A stretch of DNA of 63,670 nt, the filler included, from Collodictyon triciliatum (lineage: Eukaryota), in NCBI GenBank assembly GCA_043381765.1. It is 4 parts of 4 records of this genome, joined end to end, with 100 filler letters (N's around TTAATTAATTAA, not from the genome) between each part and the next. Parts side by side here need not be neighbours in the genome. Positions count along the whole stretch, not along the records: positions 1 to 15,774 come from JBHJMP010001339.1; 3 more parts are not named here. The stretch is one strand, 5' to 3'. The notes under the pieces were generated by a model that was not told where the DNA came from, made no database searches, and worked only from the letters and a program-made list of their open reading frames with translations. A program made the translations under genes and the position numbers. Numbering within the stretch: position 1 is the first letter of the stretch; every line of letters begins with the position of its first letter. Shown here one piece after another: positions 1-13,939 of the stretch.

Positions 1-15
1 TTTGTTTGATTTTCT

Positions 16-72
<57 letters not shown>

Positions 73-339
73 ATAAATGATAGAGTTGATTACTCAAATG
101 AGATGCTCGTCCGTATGATTACATTGCATGGAGTCTTTTGGTTTTATTGGTGTGTAATCAAGTTGAATCATCTGAAAATCATATAGTGAATACACCGTCC
201 TCCCTGAAATCTCTGTGGCTAAAATCCCTGCTGAGGCTCCCCTTGAAAAGGTGCATGGTCTCTTTCTCTCTCCTGGTTTTTTTTTTTTGGGTTTTTCTGG
301 GTTTTGAACCATATATTATATCGAGCTTAGTCTTTGTGA

Positions 340-1797
<1,458 letters not shown>

Positions 1798-2091
1798 GCG
1801 CGTTCTGCACGCCGAGAGACTCCAGCAAGCAAACTAGAAACAAGTCAGGCGAAGCGCCGAATGAACCCGAACGCACACAACATAAAGCGAGCAAATGCCC
1901 GCCCCGCCTGCTGCCTTCTCTGTATGTATCACTTTGACTTTTATTCTGAGACGCTCTTGTTTTGTGTCGAGAAGGAATCCTCGCAGACTGAGCGGCTGAT
2001 GAAGGCTGTCGAAGCGCACGACAAGTCTGTCAAAGCCGACGCTGGTCGAGGCGATTCCAACACACAGCCTGCTTCCCCAGACTGACTCCGC

Positions 2092-2693
2092 TTAGTGGTG
2101 CTTCTCATGCTTGATCTTGGGGTTGGTGAAGGCTGATTCGGGCGGCAGGGCCGGTTGGTGGTGGGTATGTGTTTGTTTTGTTGGGCGATTAGACGTCTGG
2201 AGAAAAGGGATTCATGCAGAGGATATTCGAAAGAATAGGAGAGGGCTGAGGATTCCCAGAAGTGGTGGCATGAGAATGAGCCTTACGAGAGTTCTTTCGA
2301 TCCTCGTCTATGGCGCGGCGAAGGTTGTCAAAGTATCAGGGTGTGAGAAAGAAAAAGAGAAGCCAGTTAGTTGCTGCCTCTGACTTCTATTTTGTGTAGT
2401 TCTCTGGTTGGACAAAATAAAGAAGTGCATAATGATGCAGTAATACTTTTCGAGATTAGTATGTCATGGCTTCAACTGAACCATACAGTAAAAGGCGAAT
2501 GAAAATCGCCCTTTTTGAAAAGGAAGAGGAAATACAAGTTAAACGCTTCAAAACCTGTGACGGGGATCTTGACTGCAAGGAGGTAGTAGGCCGTGGCAAA
2601 GCCGACGCCGAAGGGCCACATCTTTCCTACCTCGCGGGAGAAGAAGGCTCCGAAGCCGGGGCCAAAGATTCCAGCGAACATGGGGTTGGTCAT
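2092..2693 (-). CDS. Mitochondrial ATP synthase small subunit i/j (Atp18 / plant 6-kDa subunit-like), 3 exons, 66 aa
   Basis: Spliced product MTNPMFAGIFGPGFGAFFSREVGKMWPFGVGFATAYYLLAVKIPVT|DEDRKNS|PFTNPKIKHEKHH*. It resembles the plant 6-kDa subunit pattern FFxREW..WPFLVGFA...TEED.KNSPF (recalled, not searched). Confidence 0.8.
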
Positions 2694-3829
2694 GGCAACT
2701 TTCTTTTCCGGTTTGGAGACTAATACCAGACTGGTTAGTCGATTTATGCTGTTTTTTTTTTTGTTTTTAAAGAAAAAAGGAAATAAGGGTATCGAGCAGA
2801 TAATAGGAGGCGTTTGGTAGGAAGCGGTCCAGCTTCTTATTGACAAGCCGGTCGAACTTGTTCCGTGCATTGGGCGATTCGATATTGATGTTTCTCCAAC
2901 TCCTCCACTTCTCTTTAGTCTTGGGCTCAAGGTGCGGTTGTGGATGCGCTGCGGTTCTTGCGAGCAGGTGGATTGGTTTGGGGCGGCTGTCGGAAGATAA
3001 ATCAGCTTTTGATCGGAAGCGGATTCAATGAACCCGAGCTCGAATGCGCTTTCTAAAGTGGAAATTACAGTGCATTTGCTTGTGTGCTGTGTGGGTGTGG
3101 CTTTGGGTGCGTTTTTCTGAAGGGACGATGTAGAATATATCCTCTTTCTATTATTTTTGTTGAATATGAGCTAATTTGCTGTGTTGTGAATACAAAAAAA
3201 AAAAGCAACCCTTGAACGGCCTCATAATCCAGTAAATGGTGTATTGTGAGTGGATGGGTTGGATGGATATGACTCTTTCCATAAACTTTTAATGGCGAGG
3301 TAGTTGCGTGTGTCCCTGGCACTCCAAGGTCACCAACCCCACTCGGTTATCAGTTTTCATCGAGACTTATTCTTTCAGGGTGTATCGGTATAGCGAATCA
3401 GTATGTGAATATCTACTTCCTACGTGATCATTTCATCCTGCAGAAATTCGCTTGATTGAAAAAAAATCATCACAAGAGAGGATATATCTGCATGTACAGT
3501 TCTCCCAATAAAAAGATTTATTAGTGATTGAAAACATAGATATTGCAGTCTGCCTGTTGTAAGATTTTCAGACATGGATAAACTGCCACCCTTTCTTTAT
3601 TCAGTTTTGAAGCATAGACATCAGAGATGAAAGAGACAGGTGAGTGTGAAAGAGGGAAGTGTAGCAATAGCTCATGGAGTTCATTTTGAGGCATAGAAAA
3701 AGAAACAGTTCACGCCCAGTGCTGAAGAACTTCTTTTTTTTTTTTTTTTTTTGAATTGTGTTGGTCTTTGGGTTGGTTGGCTTCCCCATACTGGCACTTT
3801 TGAAATTGTGAAATGAACCCATTCGTCCA

Positions 3830-5218
3830 TTATGCTTTCGCCTCAGTGTTGTAATCACTGGCAAATTTGTCATCGAGTTTCTTAAGATTCGGTAGGCGGC
3901 GAAGGATTTCAATCTGGCATAGCTCTGTCTTTGGATATTGGTCGTAAATAGGGTTTCCGAAGAGAAGGAGATTTTCCAAGAGAGGCAGCTCTTGCTAGAG
4001 TGCATCAGCCCGTTAGCTTTCTGTCATATTTAAGTAACGACAAATATGTCATATAATGAATAAATCTTGCACCACGGCACAAACTCACCAATTTCTCTAC
4101 TTCTGTCCACTTGTCAAGCTTGTTATTGGACATATAGAGAACCTGTAAGTTCTTGCACTTTTCGATTCCGTTGAGCTTTTCGATGAAGTTGTAAGATATC
4201 CATAGTTGCTTCAGTGTTTCTGCAACGGAATCTAGTCCAGTCAGCTGCTTGATTAAATTCCTTCCAAGAGATAAAATTTCAAGGCTTTCTAAATATTATA
4301 AAGTAAGAGAGGAAATAGTTGGGCAGTTAAGTGGATTGTTTTTTATTAAAAAAATTTTTACTTGAAGCGGAAAAAAGGACTAGATTAAGCTATTTTGTAC
4401 TCTGATTTATCGAGAGAGAAAAAACATACCCAATCCCGTCAGATTCACGATTTTATCAATGCTATTAGAGGATAGAGAAAGTTTCCTGTGATGTAATAGA
4501 CAACACTGGTCAATCTCAATAAATGAATGATAAACGAATGTTTAATTGGGTAATATATATTCGTCGTTATTTCTTTTGCATCATATAATAATGGGGATGA
4601 GGAAAAACAGAATTCATAATATTTTTTTCATTTATTCGATTCAAAGTGCTTAACAGAATTCATTTTTGAATACTATTTTTTTTAGTAGGAGCCCCAATGC
4701 TGTTGGCTACATACTTGAGATTTTTGAAGTTTGTCAACGAGGTATCAATCTTTTCAATAGGAGGCAACTTTCCAATAATCTTGATCTCTGTGGCTTCAGA
4801 CGCCTTCTTTTCGTTTTCAGCTTCCTGGAAATAATTTAAGAGTGTGCTCAAAAAGCTTCTATTTCCAAGTCGTCTTTTGAATGCGTATGATTATGTTTAT
4901 GTGTTTCTGGACTCCATACTTCATATGATAAACAGAATAGAGTCAAACATGTTGAACATTATTTGAGGAAACAAGGAGTGTGTTGTTCGTGGGAAATGAT
5001 ATGGATAAATATTGCAAGACTACTGACCCATGCTTTCAGCGCATCCTTCAGAGTAGTTGCTTTAGCCTAAGACAATTCGTTGAATGGAGAGAAGGAAAGA
5101 AAAAGAGGCACATGTTGATTAAGAAAAGAATCATAACTTCACCCAGTCCGTTGTTGATTAGAGTTTAAAATATGAATGATGTGACTACATATTGAGTTTC
5201 ATGAAAGCTAAATACCAT
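3830..5218 (-). CDS. DNAL1: Outer-arm dynein light chain 1 (LC1), LRR protein, 6 exons
   Basis: ATG micro-exon 5218-5216, then [13 protein letters not shown] / [30 protein letters not shown] / [12 protein letters not shown] / [41 protein letters not shown] / [19 protein letters not shown] at 3832-3830. Confidence 0.95.
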
Positions 5219-6795
5219 TTTCTAAGTATATTGTGCTTAGTTAAATCTCCTGGTCAGTGATGGGGCTCTAAACGTGAAGGGTATATCAGTCTTAGTCAAC
5301 TATACCGATGAGAAATGAAAAAGAAGAAAGCATTTGGCGCCCTCGGTACTTTCCAGATGTTTTGGAAGCGAGTTTGCGAAAAATACTCCCCAGTAAATAT
5401 TCTCGGTGCACTTTCGTTTTATTGGCTCTGACTGTCGCTATTGTTGTAGAGTCTGGTGTCCCTCTCGGAGGTGCTTTCTTCTGTGCGGGTGTGCGATCAC
5501 GTTTCTGAGCTGCCACGAAGGCCGCGGATATTTACCCCAGCAAGAAAGCTAGAGGGCGGTGGTTCAAAAGCAAGCCGGGTGGTTTGGAATCCGTTACGGT
5601 TGTTGCAAAATGGACAAATTGGCAGGAAATATATCTGGAATATAATTTATATTTTATATTTTACCAACAATTTTACTTATTTTAAAGATTTGGTTGCGTT
5701 GTATTTCCTGACAGAATTCAATATCGTATAATACTCGTGGACTTTAAATTAACCCTCCAACCCACATGTACGTTTGACCCGAAGTTACAGCCCCTTTGGT
5801 GGAAATTAGATTTAATAGGTGCGGATTCTGTTGGAGACGATTCCCTTGGTATTCACTGATTACATTGTCCTACCCTTAGGTTGAATCGCAGACGCCTGCA
5901 GAAGGACTGACCCGGAAGTCATCCTAACAGGTGGCGGAAGGATATGAACTTTGGCTTGCAGACCATCGGGAATTATTTCCTACGTTTGCGATAGATTAAC
6001 CGCGGCACGTTAATCACACTCGTGGTATTATTGCCACGGCGTGTTTCATTCCCGCGCACAGCTCACAGACCCCTGTGAAATAACCGAAGAAAAGCCTCGA
6101 ATGTCAACTCCATGCACACCCACATACCTGCATAGCGGTCGCCCGTCATAAGACTCTGGCGAATGAAGTCAGCATACTTTCCAAACGAAATCACAGTTTG
6201 CGTCTCATCAGTTCACAAGGGCCAGCACCCATCCGAAAGGATATCATCTCTGGTGCGGCTTGTGTGTGAATCACCCCTGCACTGCGTGCGTTCACTCGCG
6301 CCGGTGTGGGACGTGGGCGATGGTGCGACAAGACATGCGACAAGGCCACTAACAATCTGGATGGCGAGGACAAGGTTTCGCAATCTCACAAATGATGGCC
6401 GATATTCCCAACGCACTCAAATAAAATAAGAAAAAACATACAAACAAAACATGGCACGGACTAGTGGAGTCTGCATTTGTCCAGGCACGAACACACGTCT
6501 CATGCGGGGAGCGTGTCTGTCGATATTCTGCTCACGGAAGCAGCAAAACCGGCCACCCCTAATCCCCAATAACAGCCTGTAGATTCAAAGTGTCTTGCTA
6601 TTCATAATGTCCAGTTTCTGTCTTTTGCTTTCCGTGGGCTGGGGCGAGAAGCATTAGCTGGTATATCCCAGCAACATGATCGTTGTTGTTGGCACTCTTG
6701 AAAACACGAAAGAAAAAAAATGATATTGTGATCGTAGGTGCAAACGTGTAGTTTACGGGTAAGGGTATTGACGAGGAAAAGCACAGAGGGAGAAA

Positions 6796-8332
6796 ATGTC
6801 TCGCGATAGAACAGAGAAAGTGTATCTGCACGTATACGACCTCGCCTGGGTGACAACTGCTTCTTATTACATCTTTTTCTCTCTTTTTCTCTCTTTTTCT
6901 CTCTTTTTCTCTCTTTTTCTCTCTTTTTCTCTCTTTTTCTCTCTTTTTCTCTCTTATTTTTCGTTTTAGTTTTTAGTTTTTGTGAAACATTTCTAAGTCG
7001 AGCTGTGAAAACATCGGTGTTATTTTTATGTGGTCTCAAAAAAAAGGCTGCTAACCTGTGCGACTTGCTTCTTAGTTTAATGAGTACGTTGCTTGGGCTG
7101 GGGTTGGGGTACGAGCATTTACTTTTTTCTTTCTATAGAAAAATCCATTTCTTATCGTCCCAATACACACTACCCAACAGTTCAATTTTTTTTTTTTTGT
7201 TATTAATCATAATTACTCTACCATGACGCTTTTTTTTCATTGGCTAAAAGGCTTTCCACAGTGGTGTTTATATATATGGAGCAGGTTTGTCACATATCCT
7301 ACACCCAGTGCATTTCTTCCCTCTGTGAAATGTTTCAGTCCATAGCTGGCCCTGAAACAAGCAATAAACCCTCATCCAGAGATTTGCTTTGGCGGCCACC
7401 AAGCAGAAAGCTCTGGCATCTTCAAAGGTAGTTATTTATTTGTTAGCCAATGTATCCGCCTATTTCTTTGCCTGATTTATGTTCCTCACGCGTATTAATC
7501 CTAGTGCCGCCAAAGTTTGCCCCTGGCGCAGTTTTCAGGTGTGATGTCTCACTTATAGCGGTGCATATATGTATATATACAAAGTCCTGATATCACATGA
7601 TAACACGAGTCCAATCCACTTACGTTCGCCGCGCCGGACACTACTAGAGAAGCCATTCTGATTGGCGAAACCAAGCTATCCCACAGCGAGATCGACCGGG
7701 TGATTGATCAAATGGGACGGGACTTTACAGGCTCATCCTATCACCTCGTCAATCGGTAAGAGCAGCGCTGGCGGACATATCCCATGGGTCTTTTGCCACT
7801 TGCCGAGCCATTGCAGAGACCCATTTACGCGATGATTTATACGCATCTTTGTCCTCTCTTCTCTTACCAACCCTGCAAGGAACTGCAACCACTTCGCAGA
7901 CGCCTTCTGCCTCAAGGTCGTCGGGAAGGGAATCCCCGGATGGGTCAACCGCCTCGCATTCATGGGCTCCTATGTAAGCTGCGTCCTCCCTACCGAACTC
8001 GGCGGCCCTGTCAACGCGCCCGAGCCGTCCCAGCAAACGTCTGCATCGGCAAGCGCGCCTCGCAAAGCACCCAACGCGCCAATGTTCTCAGGTCTGTTTC
8101 CGCCTCTGCGCCGATTCGTAACGATGCACTTATTCACAATCTCGCTCACAATCTCACCCATTCATTCACTCATTCATTCACTCATCCCACCAACCCAGGC
8201 TCTGGACAGACGCTCGGGTCCGCTGCCCAGTCTGCCTCCCCTGACGAGATCGAAGTCCTCATGGACTCTGCCGCCGCAAGACGAGAACGGGCTGCTCGTG
8301 CCGCTCTCAACCGCCTGTCCACCGGGGCCTAG
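6796..8332 (+). CDS. DESI2: DeSI2/PPPDE-family deubiquitinase/desumoylase with C-terminal SHP box and VIM, 8 exons
   Basis: Spliced: MSRDRTEKVYLHVYDLAW/FNEYVAWAGVG/AFHSGVYIYGA/EICFGGH../..EAILIGET..FTGSSYHLVNR/NCNHFADAFC..IPGWVNRLA. The catalytic His (FHSG) and Cys (NCNHF) are present. Tail is FSGSGQTLG...RRERAARAALNRL*. Confidence 0.9.
6871..6954. repeat. (CTCTTTTTCT)n microsatellite in DeSI intron 1
   Basis: Direct tandem repeat; edges approximate. Confidence 0.9.
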
Positions 8333-8765
8333 GCCGAGCCTTTGGGGTTCCGGAGTCAGAATACAATGTCCGCTCTGAGTGGGACGCAAAGGACGCGCCC
8401 TCCTCCGAGCCACCTGTGTGCGTAGTAATCTTGAGATAAAAGCTCGCCTAATTACTCTGCGTGGCTCGCCGCTCTATGCTGTTTGCCTGTGCCGAGTGGG
8501 ATTCCGCTGCAGATATCTCGTTCTCGTTGTTGTGCTCCTGGGACTTCATCCGACTGCTTTCCGGGCCGGCAGAGACTGAGAAGGTGAATAAGAAAACTAA
8601 AGGGGAAAAGAAAAAAAAAGAAGAAATGATATGTATGTCAGAGTTGCGGGTATGTTTATAGCGAGTCGAGCACCGGAGTCGGGGGAGAAGGAACGAATAG
8701 GAGACAGAAGCAAAAGGGTCGTGCGCGCAGTGGTGGCCGTGAAGGCTGTCGTTTGGCACTCGCGT

Positions 8766-9129
8766 TTATTGGTCGCCGCCCATCAGGATATTGTTGATGG
8801 GAATGTGGATCAGCTTGACGAAGTAGCCGATGGCGCCCATGACCACGAAGCCGATTCCGGTGGCTCTGCAGGTTGTCCAGAACTCTGAAGGCGGGAGTCA
8901 TCGATCAGATCGATCAGGTTGCTTGTTGAGAAGACAAAAGAGACAATGGGCGTACATAGAGCGAGGAGGAGCGTGTTGATCAGGGGCTCGTTGGGTCTGT
9001 CAGCTATGGACTGGGTTTGGGCGAGTGCGTACCTTTGGAGTCGGGCTTGTGGCAGCGCGTGATGAAGTGGCGGCTTTGATGGCTGAACTCAGTCAGGGGA
9101 TCCAAAACGTACTCGGAGACGTAGTCCAT
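8766..9129 (-). CDS. SEC61G: Protein translocon subunit Sec61-gamma (Sss1), 2 exons
   Basis: [71 protein letters not shown]; contains the canonical KPD.KEF and [14 protein letters not shown] motifs. Confidence 0.97.
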
Positions 9130-9950
9130 GGCGGCTGAGGGGATCTTAAGAGGGAAAGGAAGGGATGTGAGTTTTCATGCCTATTACGCGTGGAGGCTCG
9201 TAGGATGTAAAAATAAGGCAGGACAACTGTGTATGATCAGAAGAAAAAGAACCCCTGGAGGAAAAAGAAAGAAGGAAAGAACAGAAAGAGAAAAGGATAA
9301 AATGAAAAAAATAGGGGGACAGAAAAAGAAGCACGAGGGCTGAATGTGTGTTTGCAACCAGAGAGAGAAGGTCCTTGCTGCATGCCTTGAGCCTTTCTAA
9401 CTAACTGTTAGCAATACAGGCACTCTCGGCGGCCTTTGGATCATAGCTTGATGGATTGCAGGTAGGTCACGAGACTGTTTGATCGGCCGCTGCTTTTTCG
9501 CGATTCTGGAGCTCGATTGTTGTTTCGTTCTGGATACCATCTGCTAAAGCAAGTTTTTCTGTAGCAAACGGTAGCAACCACTGAAGCATTATTGTCAAGC
9601 AAGAGTCCTATCTCATATTATTATACTTGATATATTATTATCAATATGTGTGCAACTTGATTAAAAATTTCTGTAAATTTGGATAGATATGCATAGTAAT
9701 ATATAAATTCCATAATTGTATTTCCGTTGGTTTGATTCCCTTTCTTGCTTGTTTTTCTTATTGATGTTGTGTTTTCATGAACCTCTGCGTCTCGGTTGGA
9801 CACGCACAAACACACTGGAAGTCCGGTCTACATCTTTGTGAGAAGAGTTCCCTGCAATCGACTCAAATATCCTTCATGTCTGTCTAATAGAACAATCTAA
9901 CGCATAGAAATACTGCGACAGACTCAACATATACGCGAAGGTAACACAGA

Positions 9951-12900
9951 ATGGCCCGCGCAAAGAAGCAGCTGAAAGGTGGAAATAAGGACAAAGATCA
10001 GAAACGCCGGAGAGGACGCCGCAGCGACGAGGAGCGCGCGATGCGAATGGACGGTGATCATTTCAAGGAACAGGAAGAGCAGCGCAGGAAGGAGGAATTG
10101 TTGAAGCACGCCATGTTGGTTCGTGGTCCTCTTATTTTCTTATTGTTCTCTCGAGAGAAAGCTGATGATCTTACCATTTGCCAAGCATCACGACGCCTCA
10201 TCTCGATTTAAAATGAAAAGAAAAAGAAGAAAAAAAGAAGAAAAAAAGAAGAAAAAAAGAAGAAAAAAAGAAGAAAAAAAGAAGAAAAAAAGAAGAAAAA
10301 AAGAAGAAAAAAAGAAGAAAAAGAAAAACAAAAAAGGATGAAGCATTCTCATTTATAAAAATAATGGTCGAAAGTCGGATAGTTAGTTTGTAGTTTTATG
10401 ACACACTCACGATCGCTTTTTTTTTTTTCCTTTATTCGATTCAAATCACTCACGATCGCTTTATCACAGGAGAGGCAAAGAGCTGAAGAGCGCCTGTCAA
10501 AAATTAACCAACTTAAGATAAACAACCAATGGAGAGAAATCCTGAGGCAAACAAAAGCTGAGAGCTTAAGAAAGGACATAGAAGTAGGCTTTCTTTTGCT
10601 ACACATAATGCATATTGTTTGTGATGGGATTAAATATGGATGGTGCCAGCTCCCCTACAATTTGTGTCTCCAACGCTTTTCTATGATTTCTATTGTCTAA
10701 TACACGTTTCTATGGTCTCTCTATTCAACCGCGAACTGATATTTTCCAGATATTGAGCCAAACACACGAGCGCGAAGTTGATAGAAAGGATTCCACCATC
10801 CAGTCTCTTGTCAGAAATCTAGACGAATCGGAAGAGCAATATCCTCTCTATTAAAAAAATGACAAAAATATTTCTTTTTGTTCTTTATCTTAATGTTTAA
10901 TTATTTTCTCATGAATATAAAAACAAACAAACAAACAAACAAACAAACAAACAAACAAACAAACAAACAAACAAACAAACAAACAAACAAACAAACAAAC
11001 AAACAAACAAACAAACAAAAATATGAGTGAATTCTTAATATTTTCAATCAATTATTTCAAGGTGTGTTAATTCAACACAAACATTCAATACTATGTCTTT
11101 AACAAAGAGCCACATTCACCATGAGCATGAGGAGTCATATCCAGAACGTAGATAATCTGATCGAATTGCATGTCCGCAGAATTAACATGCTTGAAAACGA
11201 ATTTGAAAGAGATTTGGATACCTTGCAGCAGGAGTTTGCCCAAGAAAGGTTGCTTTTTTATTTCTTTTGAAAAAGCTTAATTAGCATACACGAGCTGATG
11301 TTCGCAACATACTTCAATTCGTTTCAGTAAAAATATCCATGCTGAGAATAACTGTATTTACTAAAATCTCTAATTCACCAAACTCCTTGATTTCATATGT
11401 TACTGATATACTTTTTTATTTTTATTTTGTGTTTCTTTACTTTCTGAGCAGGACACTGGTCCAGAGTGCGCATGTGAAAGAAAAAAACGAGCTCTCAGAT
11501 ATTATGGCAGCGATGGAGTCTGAATTTAATGATGCCGAGCAAGAAGCTAGACAAGACTTCCAAAGCCAACGTGACGAGATTAAAAACAAAAACTCTGAAG
11601 AATATAACGTCCTTCGCATCACCCTCGAGAATCAAATCGAGGAGCTGGAGCGTCATTTCGAAAACGTATTTTCCTCTCTATGTATTTTTATTGAAATTGA
11701 GAAACCATCCCATCCTTAGACAAAATTTAGTTACACTATAGTGATATTCTTATCTGGTAATGTGACTTTTTGCCATCCATCCAGGCGCACCAAAACTATG
11801 TCACAAACACTGAGCAGAAAACAGCAGCTTTCAAGGAACTCACCAAGAAGGACCAGGCAAATAGCAAAGCAATTGACATCGGGATGAAGCGACTTCAAAA
11901 ACTGCAGGTTTGTTTCATGTTGGAATTTTCAGGTCAATAATTACATTTCTCCGGGTTGCCATTTTCTTCTCCTTTTTTCCTCTGTCATAAAATAAGCATA
12001 GACATTAGGAGATTCACAATACTGATAAATATTTACACGTGAAAACAAGGATTTAACTTCGCACTGGAAAGCAAAGATGCTTAACAATGTCGCAGAGTGC
12101 GAGGCCAGGAACAGAGCTTTGAAAGAGGTTTATTATCATTCTTATTCTTATTACTATTATTGTTTAAAATACTCCAATATTTTCTAACAGTCATATATTG
12201 ATATTCTTATACTTCAGTATATACATGACAACCATGGATTCATTAAAAATATATCTTTAAATGCCTGTATACAGGAAAAAGATGCCATCACAGCTCATTA
12301 CCAAGAGTTGAAGGCACGAATGAATAAATTCAGAGACGAACAGACAAAAAGACTGACTGAACTTACTACAAACAGTGGAGAATGCATTAAAAAACTACAA
12401 ACTCGTATCACAAAGGTTTGTACCTTTCGCCGTTTTTTTTTTAACTCTTGAAGCAATTTCTAAGGAAGTTTTCTCTATATTTAATGCGAATTCTCTTTGG
12501 AACTCCTAAAATGTCATATCCACAGGGAGAAAGAATACTCAAACTAAGCGAGATGAATCGAAAGCTGGAGACAGAGCGGGAAAAAGTTCTTCCCTTCTAC
12601 CAATCATCTGTAACTGCAGAAGAAGAAGAAGAAATTCAACGGGTATTTCGATTCAATTTGTTCATCTGTTGGCTGGCAACATATCTATCATTTTCGCACC
12701 ACTTTATTTTTTAAAGTTAAATATAAGTACTTGTCTTATTCTTCAAACCAAAGTTACAAATAATTACGCATAGTTTGATGTAAGCAGCCAACTCAAATAT
12801 TTCTATTTGAACTATGTTCGATGGCACGCCACAGCAATATGATGAGGAAAAACTCCAAGCCGATACCGAAGAAAGAGAATTGTTGGTAACTAAGCCTAAG

Positions 12901-13547
12901 GAAGACTCTGAAAAGGCACGTAAAATGCACACTTTCGCAACCGACGAATCCGGACAGTCTGTGCAGAAGTGGAAGTACCTTGACAATTTCTACAAGCGAT
13001 ACAACAAGGTGATTATAATGAAAGAGGGGTTATCACTATCGCATCTATCGGGCTTTTTTCTTCTTTATTTTGATATTTTTCTGCGCTCACCGGGAATATT
13101 TGCACTGCACTGCTCATATGCATCCCCACAAATCCCATCATTCACATACCCATGAGGGAATAGCGAGAAAAAATCGTTCCAAAAGTTGATGAGCTTGTAG
13201 CCAGAGCTCCGCAATAATTTGATGCTTATGCATGGCTAATTTTCTTTCATAATCTGGCGCATTTTGTCATGGGTGTTTCTTTGCAGGCTTTGCTGGACAA
13301 GCTCGTTCTCGAGAAAGAAAGGGCCAAGCTGGCGGATGAGAACGGCCAGCTGAGGACTCTGTTGAAGCGCTATCTCGACGGCATATCGGTCAACGATGAT
13401 GTCATGAACGCCCAGAGTAACCCGCTCTTTATTGTAAACAATCGCGTCCCCGGCGGCGCGCCAGTTTCGCAAGGAATCGGCCCGCGACAAATCACCGTGC
13501 TTGACGGGCCGACAATTGTGCGAACCAATCTGCTTGCTCGTCGATAG
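9951..13547 (+). CDS. DRC2: Nexin-dynein regulatory complex subunit 2 (CCDC65/FAP250), multi-exon coiled-coil protein
   Basis: Exons give [72 protein letters not shown] ... [13 protein letters not shown] ... [46 protein letters not shown]. Confidence 0.92.
10839..11113 (+). other. U12-type (minor spliceosome) AT-AC intron in DRC2
   Basis: Donor ATATCCTCT at 10839, branch-site-like TCTTTAAC at 11096-11103, acceptor CAC at 11111-11113. Removal gives in-frame ...[13 protein letters not shown], and there is no GT donor at this exon end. Confidence 0.88.
10921..11018. repeat. (AAAC)n microsatellite inside the U12 intron
   Basis: Direct tandem repeat. Confidence 0.92.
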
Positions 13548-13939
13548 AGACGAACTTGTTGGCTTCTGCAGGAGAGATATCCTCTGATGTGATTAAAAAC
13601 ACCAAAAAAAAAAACAACAAAAAACAAAACATAGCAATAAAGGGGAACATGAAAAGGCAGGTGCGCGGGCGCAGAGCAGGATTTTTTTTTGTGGGTGGAT
13701 TCAAGTCGGCGAAATGATACCTTATCAGAAAAAAAACTTTAAATGAGATTGGCAGGTTTGACGTCGATGTTTTTTCTTTCTCTTCTTTTTTATTTAAGTG
13801 ACTAAACCTTTTTTTTTTGGTTCCTGATATGTGAACTACCAGGACACCACACAACTTTCCCCAGTAACCTTATCCAAGAATCCAAGCCCATCTGCTAAAG
13901 GTTTACCATCCCTTTTGTTGCAGGCCTCAAAGCCCGAGG

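Noticed and set aside
2780-3055. Protein-like open frames on the minus strand upstream of the ATP synthase subunit
   Set aside because: No convincing start or splice chain and no recognisable motif; probably UTR or promoter.
5290-6600. GC-richer intergenic block with short ORFs; candidate ncRNA or element
   Set aside because: No tRNA, snRNA or rRNA motif, terminal repeat or coding signature recognised; consistent with a divergent promoter region between DNAL1 and DeSI2.
7962-8332. Stand-alone SVIP-like myristoylated protein starting MGSYVSC
   Set aside because: The ATG is internal to the upstream-spliced PPPDE domain (WVNRLAFMGSYVSC), so it is the DeSI2 C-terminus.
9405-9580. RFX X-box-like half sites (TAGCAAC) upstream of DRC2
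   Set aside because: Only degenerate half-matches. A better match occurs by chance over the ATP synthase ATG (2685-2699) and none is clear at DNAL1.
10212-10335. Regular purine repeats as a CRISPR-like or coding array
   Set aside because: Simple intronic low-complexity A/G repeats without unique spacers.
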